A stretch of DNA of 64,000 nucleotides from Candidatus Latescibacterota bacterium (GTDB taxonomy: Bacteria; Latescibacterota; UBA2968), in assembly GCA_965116885.1 (NCBI GenBank), contig OZ220741.1, positions 608,001-672,000 of the forward strand, in the 5' to 3' direction. Shown here piece after piece: positions 59,214 through 64,000 of this stretch. Each line of letters starts with the position of its first letter. Position 1 is the stretch's first letter. Made by a program: the position numbers and the translations under genes. A model generated the notes under the pieces. That model was not told where the DNA came from. It saw only the letters and a program-made list of their open reading frames with translations, and searched no databases.

Positions 59214-60464
59214 ATGGCAAAAACACACCTGACAATAGAAAACGAAAAATTCCTGATAAACGAGAAGGAGACCTACTCAGACATTGACGGGACGAATCCC
59301 GATGCCCATGGACTGCTCATGAATGCCCGATTTATCCAGGGTATTTTTGACGACGCGATGGAACCCGAACGCTTTGCGCGGTGGGGCCACAGCGAATGGG
59401 ATCCCATGGCCAACACCGACCGCCTCATAGCTGCACTGCCCGAATGGTATCGCTATGGACTGCGCGCATTCACAACCGGATTCCAGGGCGGAGGTCCGTG
59501 TTTCACAACCCCAAATCACACCATCCAGAACAACCCCTTTGGCGAAGACGGCCTGAACCTCGACGCCGACTACGCCGAGCGGATGGACAAACTGATCCGG
59601 GGAGCAGATGCAGTTGGAATGATCGTCATCGTCAGTTTCTTTTACGGCTCGCAAACCCGCTGGATAGAAAATGAAAAAGCCATCCGCAACGCCGTAACAA
59701 CCGCCTCGCGTTTTGTAAAAGAATATCCCAACGTCATCATCGAAGTCGCAAACGAAATGAATATTGGATCCTTTGCAAACCATCCCATCATACAAGAACC
59801 CGAAGGAATGGTAACACTATTGGATATCGCGAGAAAAGAATCGGGCGGCTTGCCCTGTGGGTGCAGTGGCGGGGGTGGATATCGCAACCGGGAAGTCGCC
59901 GAAGCCAGCGACGTCATACTCATACACGGAAACGGCTGCACGAGGCAGCGATATCACAACATGATCCAGGAAGTGCGAAACTGGAACCTGAACCGCCCCA
60001 TCGTGTGCAACGAAGATTCCCAGGCCATAGGACAACTCCAGGTCGCCTATAAAACGCAAACCTCGTGGGGATATTACAACAACATGACCAAACAAGAGCC
60101 ACCCGCCGACTGGGGAATCACCACCGGAGAAGACACCTTCTTTGCACATCGGATGGCAGAAGGCATAGGAATCGACACAGACCCGATTGATGACCAGTAC
60201 TACCTCCAGGGCCTGGAACCCGATTGGGAATACCGGGGCCAGCGCTGGCTTCGACTCGCCAGCTTATACCCCGAAACAATTAGCTATGTCGATTTTTATC
60301 GGAATGGCAAATACTACGACACCGCATACGACGAACCCTTTTCCCTGCACTTTCAGACCAACTGGCGGCAAGGCGGTATCGACGTGCGAGACAATGACCG
60401 GGAATGGAAAGCCGTTATCCACCTCGGCGATGGGGAAGTGATAGAAAAAACGGTTCAATGTTGA
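59214..60464 (+). CDS. Putative clan-A-like glycoside hydrolase (TIM barrel), uncharacterised
   Basis: NVIIEVANE and PIVCNED candidate acid/base and nucleophile motifs. Confidence 0.55.
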   Translation: MAKTHLTIENEKFLINEKETYSDIDGTNPDAHGLLMNARFIQGIFDDAMEPERFARWGHSEWDPMANTDRLIAALPEWYRYGLRAFTTGFQGGGPCFTTPNHTIQNNPFGEDGLNLDADYAERMDKLIRGADAVGMIVIVSFFYGSQTRWIENEKAIRNAVTTASRFVKEYPNVIIEVANEMNIGSFANHPIIQEPEGMVTLLDIARKESGGLPCGCSGGGGYRNREVAEASDVILIHGNGCTRQRYHNMIQEVRNWNLNRPIVCNEDSQAIGQLQVAYKTQTSWGYYNNMTKQEPPADWGITTGEDTFFAHRMAEGIGIDTDPIDDQYYLQGLEPDWEYRGQRWLRLASLYPETISYVDFYRNGKYYDTAYDEPFSLHFQTNWRQGGIDVRDNDREWKAVIHLGDGEVIEKTVQC

Positions 60465-60556
60465 AAATCTGACCCCTCCCCCGGCCCCTCCCCGATGCGG
60501 GGAGGGGAGACCTAATACCCCCCTTCCTCTCAGGAAGGGGGGTAGGGGGGTAGGTC

Positions 60557-61756
60557 CTAATTATTTAAAAACTCATCCAGCGCATTTACCGCCTCGTCAA
60601 TATGTTCTTTCTCAATCACCAGCGGCGGCAAAAAGCGCACCACATCTGGCCCCGCAACACATACCAGAATATCGTTATTTTCTCGAATCGCATTCATCGC
60701 ATCCGCCGCTGGTATCTCCTTTAGTACTGCGCCCGCGATCAATCCGCTGCCGCGAATTTCCGTCACCTTCTCGGCGTGTTTGTCTTTCAGTACACTCAGC
60801 TTCCCAAACAAATACGCACTCTTCTCCTGGATACCCGCAATAAATGCGGGATCAGATATCGTCTTAAACACCTCAATCGCCACCGCACACGACACGGGAT
60901 GTGCCCCAAAAGTCGCGGCGTGATCCCCCGGCTCCACGGCATCGGCCACATCTTGCGTCACAAGCGTCGCCCCAATCGGCAACCCGCCAGCCAGAGGTTT
61001 CGCAAGCGTCATAATATCTGGCGCCACGCCGTACTGCTCATAACAAAACAGCGAACCAGCCCGCCCCAAACCGCACTGAATCTCATCGAAAATCAACAAC
61101 ATCTTCATCTCATCGCACAAAGCGCGCACACCCTCCAAAAATACCAGATCTGCCGAATGAATACCCCCTTCTGCCTGCAACGGCTCCAGCAACACAGCCA
61201 CCGTCTGGCCATCTGCTATCTTCTCCACCGACTCCAAATCGTTCAAATCGGCAAACTCAATACCCGGCAGCATCGGTCCAAAACCCTGGTGATATCTGGG
61301 TTGCCCCGTTGCAGAAATCCCGCCATAGGTTCGCCCGTGGAAAGAATTATTCATCGCAATAATTTTATTCTTGGGCGCATCTTCAAAATTCTTATACCCC
61401 CACTTGCGCGCAAACTTCAGCGCAGCCTCAATGGACTCTGTTCCGCTATTGCAGAAAAACACGCGATCGGCAAACGAATGCTCGCACAACAACTGCGCCA
61501 ACTGAGGTGCCGGAATCGTGTGATACAAATTTGAAACATGGATCAACTTGCCCAACTGCGCGTTGGCAGCCTCTTGAATCATCGAATTGTTATATCCCAG
61601 GGCATTGACAGACAGGCCACTTACGAAATCGAGATAATGCTTCCCGTCCGTATCCACAATATGGACCCCATCCCCCTTTTCCAGCACAAACTCGGGCCGT
61701 CCATAGGTCTGCAAAATGTACTTCTGTTCTAAGTCAATAATTTCTCGAGTCGTCAT
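60557..61756 (-). CDS. argD: Acetylornithine aminotransferase
   Basis: FFCNSGTE, SFHGRT, FDEIQCGLGR, TLAKPLAGGLPIG; follows argB. Confidence 0.93.
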   Translation of the reverse strand: MTTREIIDLEQKYILQTYGRPEFVLEKGDGVHIVDTDGKHYLDFVSGLSVNALGYNNSMIQEAANAQLGKLIHVSNLYHTIPAPQLAQLLCEHSFADRVFFCNSGTESIEAALKFARKWGYKNFEDAPKNKIIAMNNSFHGRTYGGISATGQPRYHQGFGPMLPGIEFADLNDLESVEKIADGQTVAVLLEPLQAEGGIHSADLVFLEGVRALCDEMKMLLIFDEIQCGLGRAGSLFCYEQYGVAPDIMTLAKPLAGGLPIGATLVTQDVADAVEPGDHAATFGAHPVSCAVAIEVFKTISDPAFIAGIQEKSAYLFGKLSVLKDKHAEKVTEIRGSGLIAGAVLKEIPAADAMNAIRENNDILVCVAGPDVVRFLPPLVIEKEHIDEAVNALDEFLNN

Positions 61757-61885
61757 GCTAAATCCTTATGGTTAAAAAGCTGGGGACGGCACAGGGGCCG
61801 TCCCCTACGATAATATTGTCAATCCGGTTTTGTAGGGGCGACCCCCTGTGGTCGCCCGCTGACGGGGCAGGTATTGAAACCCGCC

Positions 61886-62776
61886 CTACTGCACAATTTG
61901 CGTTCCAATACCCTCGCGGGTAAAAATCTCCAGCAAAAGCGCGTGCGGAACACTGCCATCAATAATATGCGTCTTGTGAACACCGCCCTTCACAGAACGT
62001 TCACAGGCGCGCAACTTGGGAATCATCCCCCCGCTGGCAATACCTCTCTCAATCAGCACCTCCACATCATTGACATGCAGTGTTGAAATCTGCGAATCCG
62101 GATCATCTGGAAACCGTCGGATACCATTCACATCCGTCAAAAACACCAGCTTCTCCGCTTGCAGTGCCCGCGCAATCTCGCCGGCTGCCGTATCGGCATT
62201 CACATTATAACTCTCGCCCTCTGGCCCCAAACCAAGAGGCGAAATAACGGGAATCATGCCTTCTTCACAAGCCAGACGGATGGGTTCGGGATCAATTCGG
62301 GCGACATCGCCAACATAGCCGATATCGACCCTCTTCGTCTTCCCGTCTTCCTCCTCTACCGTCGCAAAATGCTTTGTCACATACATCACGCCAGCGTCTT
62401 TTGCCGACATACTGCGCGCGCGTCCATCGAGTATCTCCAGACCATCGACAATACGCCTGTTCACCTCGCCAAACAACGTATCCTCCACCACCTGCATCGA
62501 CGCCTTATCGGTCACCCGCAAGCCATTGACCCATTCCGATTCAATACCCGACTCCTCCAGACGCCTGCTAATATCCTTCCCCCCACCGTGGACAACCACG
62601 GGACGCATACCCACGGTCTCCATAAACACCAGATCGGCCATTATCGTGGGAGAACCGCCCTCCTCGGGCTGTGTGCTACCGCCGTATTTCACCACAATAA
62701 TTTTGTCGCGAAACTCGCGAATATAGGGAAATGCCTCAATTAAAATCGCAGCCTTTTCAATAATCTTGTAATCCAT
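61886..62776 (-). CDS. argB: Acetylglutamate kinase
   Basis: VVKYGGS, VVHGGG, GLRVTD, YNVNADT, GGMIPK. Confidence 0.95.
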   Translation of the reverse strand: MDYKIIEKAAILIEAFPYIREFRDKIIVVKYGGSTQPEEGGSPTIMADLVFMETVGMRPVVVHGGGKDISRRLEESGIESEWVNGLRVTDKASMQVVEDTLFGEVNRRIVDGLEILDGRARSMSAKDAGVMYVTKHFATVEEEDGKTKRVDIGYVGDVARIDPEPIRLACEEGMIPVISPLGLGPEGESYNVNADTAAGEIARALQAEKLVFLTDVNGIRRFPDDPDSQISTLHVNDVEVLIERGIASGGMIPKLRACERSVKGGVHKTHIIDGSVPHALLLEIFTREGIGTQIVQ

Positions 62777-63523
62777 TTAACTCTCCAACGTGCGATACCA
62801 GTAGCGATAAACCTCGCAGAATCCCATAGATTCATATATATGACGCGCGGGTGAGTTATCCTCCTCAACTTGCAAATAAGCCATATTTGCGCCCGCCTTG
62901 CGAACGCGTTCCAAAAGCGTCCAGGTCAACAAACGACCAAATCCGCGATTGCGTTTCTCTACATCCGTCACCAGACCAAACAAACCCGCTATTTTACCCT
63001 CGTGAATAGCAAAGCCACCTGCAACTGGCGCATTGCCGTCCATCAGCAAAACAAACCGCGCGGGCACAGCCAGATTGTCGAGAATATTCTTAAAAGCACC
63101 AATCTCATAATCCGACAGATCTTTCAATTGTGCATAAATATCAAACCACGCCTTTTCTGGGCGCGCCCACACTTTGACCGATCCACTCTCGGGAAGCACG
63201 ACTTGATAAAGATCCAGGGATGCTACAATCGTCATCGCTTCAAACGCATAACCACGCGCAGCAAGCATTGCATCGAGTTGAGGCGGCTGATTTAACGGTG
63301 TCATCTTAAACACAGGACGCAAACCACGCGCGCGATATAGACCCTCGCACACCGCGATTTTTGTTTCGGAATCGGCGTGGCCCGGGTAAATTGGACTAAC
63401 CGAATTTGCCCGCCGCGTATATCCATCGGCCAATCGAACCACCCACCCATCGCAGAGCACTTGTTGCATTGGCGGGCAAGCGTTTAAGCATCTTTCTTCT
63501 ATATCTCGGATCACATCGATCAT
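62777..63523 (-). CDS. GNAT acetyltransferase within the arg operon
   Basis: GYTRRANSV, RNRGFG, AYLQVEEDNSPARHIYESMGF. Confidence 0.88.
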   Translation of the reverse strand: MIDVIRDIEERCLNACPPMQQVLCDGWVVRLADGYTRRANSVSPIYPGHADSETKIAVCEGLYRARGLRPVFKMTPLNQPPQLDAMLAARGYAFEAMTIVASLDLYQVVLPESGSVKVWARPEKAWFDIYAQLKDLSDYEIGAFKNILDNLAVPARFVLLMDGNAPVAGGFAIHEGKIAGLFGLVTDVEKRNRGFGRLLTWTLLERVRKAGANMAYLQVEEDNSPARHIYESMGFCEVYRYWYRTLES

Positions 63524-63529
63524 GCGGAC

Positions 63530-64000
63530 TCACCCCGTCTCAATCCCATAAAGCCGCGGAAAGCCCTGCATCAAATTCATATTCTCCACAGCCTGAGTCG
63601 CTGCGCCTTTTTGCAAATTGTCTTCCAGAGCATTGATATAAGCAAAACCGTCATCAACCCCCAGCTTAATGATCAAAGCGTGTGTCCCCACCACATCGCG
63701 CGTACCCCACCAATGCGCGTCGGAATCTTCAACCACCTGCACCAGATCGTCAGCACCATAAGCACTTGCAATCGCCTCGCGCAACTGCACAGCGGCATCT
63801 TCAGTCCCCAGTGCCTTCAACTCATCAGCCAGTTCAACTCGGATATTTGCATTAATACCCGCAAACACCGACCGCAGCACAACAGGCGTAAAATTCACTT
63901 CAAAACCCGAATACAAAACCATTTCGGGCACGTGTTTGTGTCGCTTGCCATAGCTATACGCAATCTCGTTTGACACATCCTCCACCTCGGCTCGCGCACC
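63530..64000 (-). CDS. argC: N-acetyl-gamma-glutamyl-phosphate reductase, C-terminal part (start outside the window)
   Basis: HKHVPEM, FTP, DNLQKGAATQAVENMNLM; upstream of argB and argD. Confidence 0.85.
   Translation of the reverse strand, partial: GARAEVEDVSNEIAYSYGKRHKHVPEMVLYSGFEVNFTPVVLRSVFAGINANIRVELADELKALGTEDAAVQLREAIASAYGADDLVQVVEDSDAHWWGTRDVVGTHALIIKLGVDDGFAYINALEDNLQKGAATQAVENMNLMQGFPRLYGIETG

Noticed and set aside
61862..61888. GGTATTGAAAC, identical to the CRISPR repeat 3' end
   Set aside because: It is the loop of a GGGC(A/G)GG...CCCGCCCTAC REP-like palindrome; the rest of the repeat is absent.

Overview
64-kb bacterial chromosomal segment. The backbone is catabolic and housekeeping: six sulfatases, a GH2, sugar dehydratase/isomerases/kinase, citrate synthase, msrP and argC-GNAT-argB-argD, with several families of short intergenic palindromic repeats. 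Three genes that the ORF track splits or misses are selenoproteins with in-frame UGA and a downstream hairpin: selD, a ResA-like WAxxUGC protein and a deiodinase-like protein. A toxin-antitoxin cluster lies at 10.9-13 kb, preceded by a solitary type I-C-like CRISPR repeat. The main finding is a type III-B (Cmr) CRISPR-Cas locus at about 36-50.9 kb with an HD-less Cas10, CARF effectors, no cas1/cas2 and a 32-repeat array. It is headed by a gene fusing an NE0113-family CARF domain to a sigma-54 enhancer-binding AAA+/HTH module. Both cas6 and the DUF1232-cmr operon have near-consensus sigma-54 -24/-12 promoters, and each has a tandem palindromic enhancer-like site starting exactly 134 bp upstream of the -24 GG, with an IHF-like site between. 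This suggests a cyclic-oligoadenylate-inducible, sigma-54-dependent feedback circuit controlling CRISPR immunity. All calls come from reading motifs by eye; no database searches were run.
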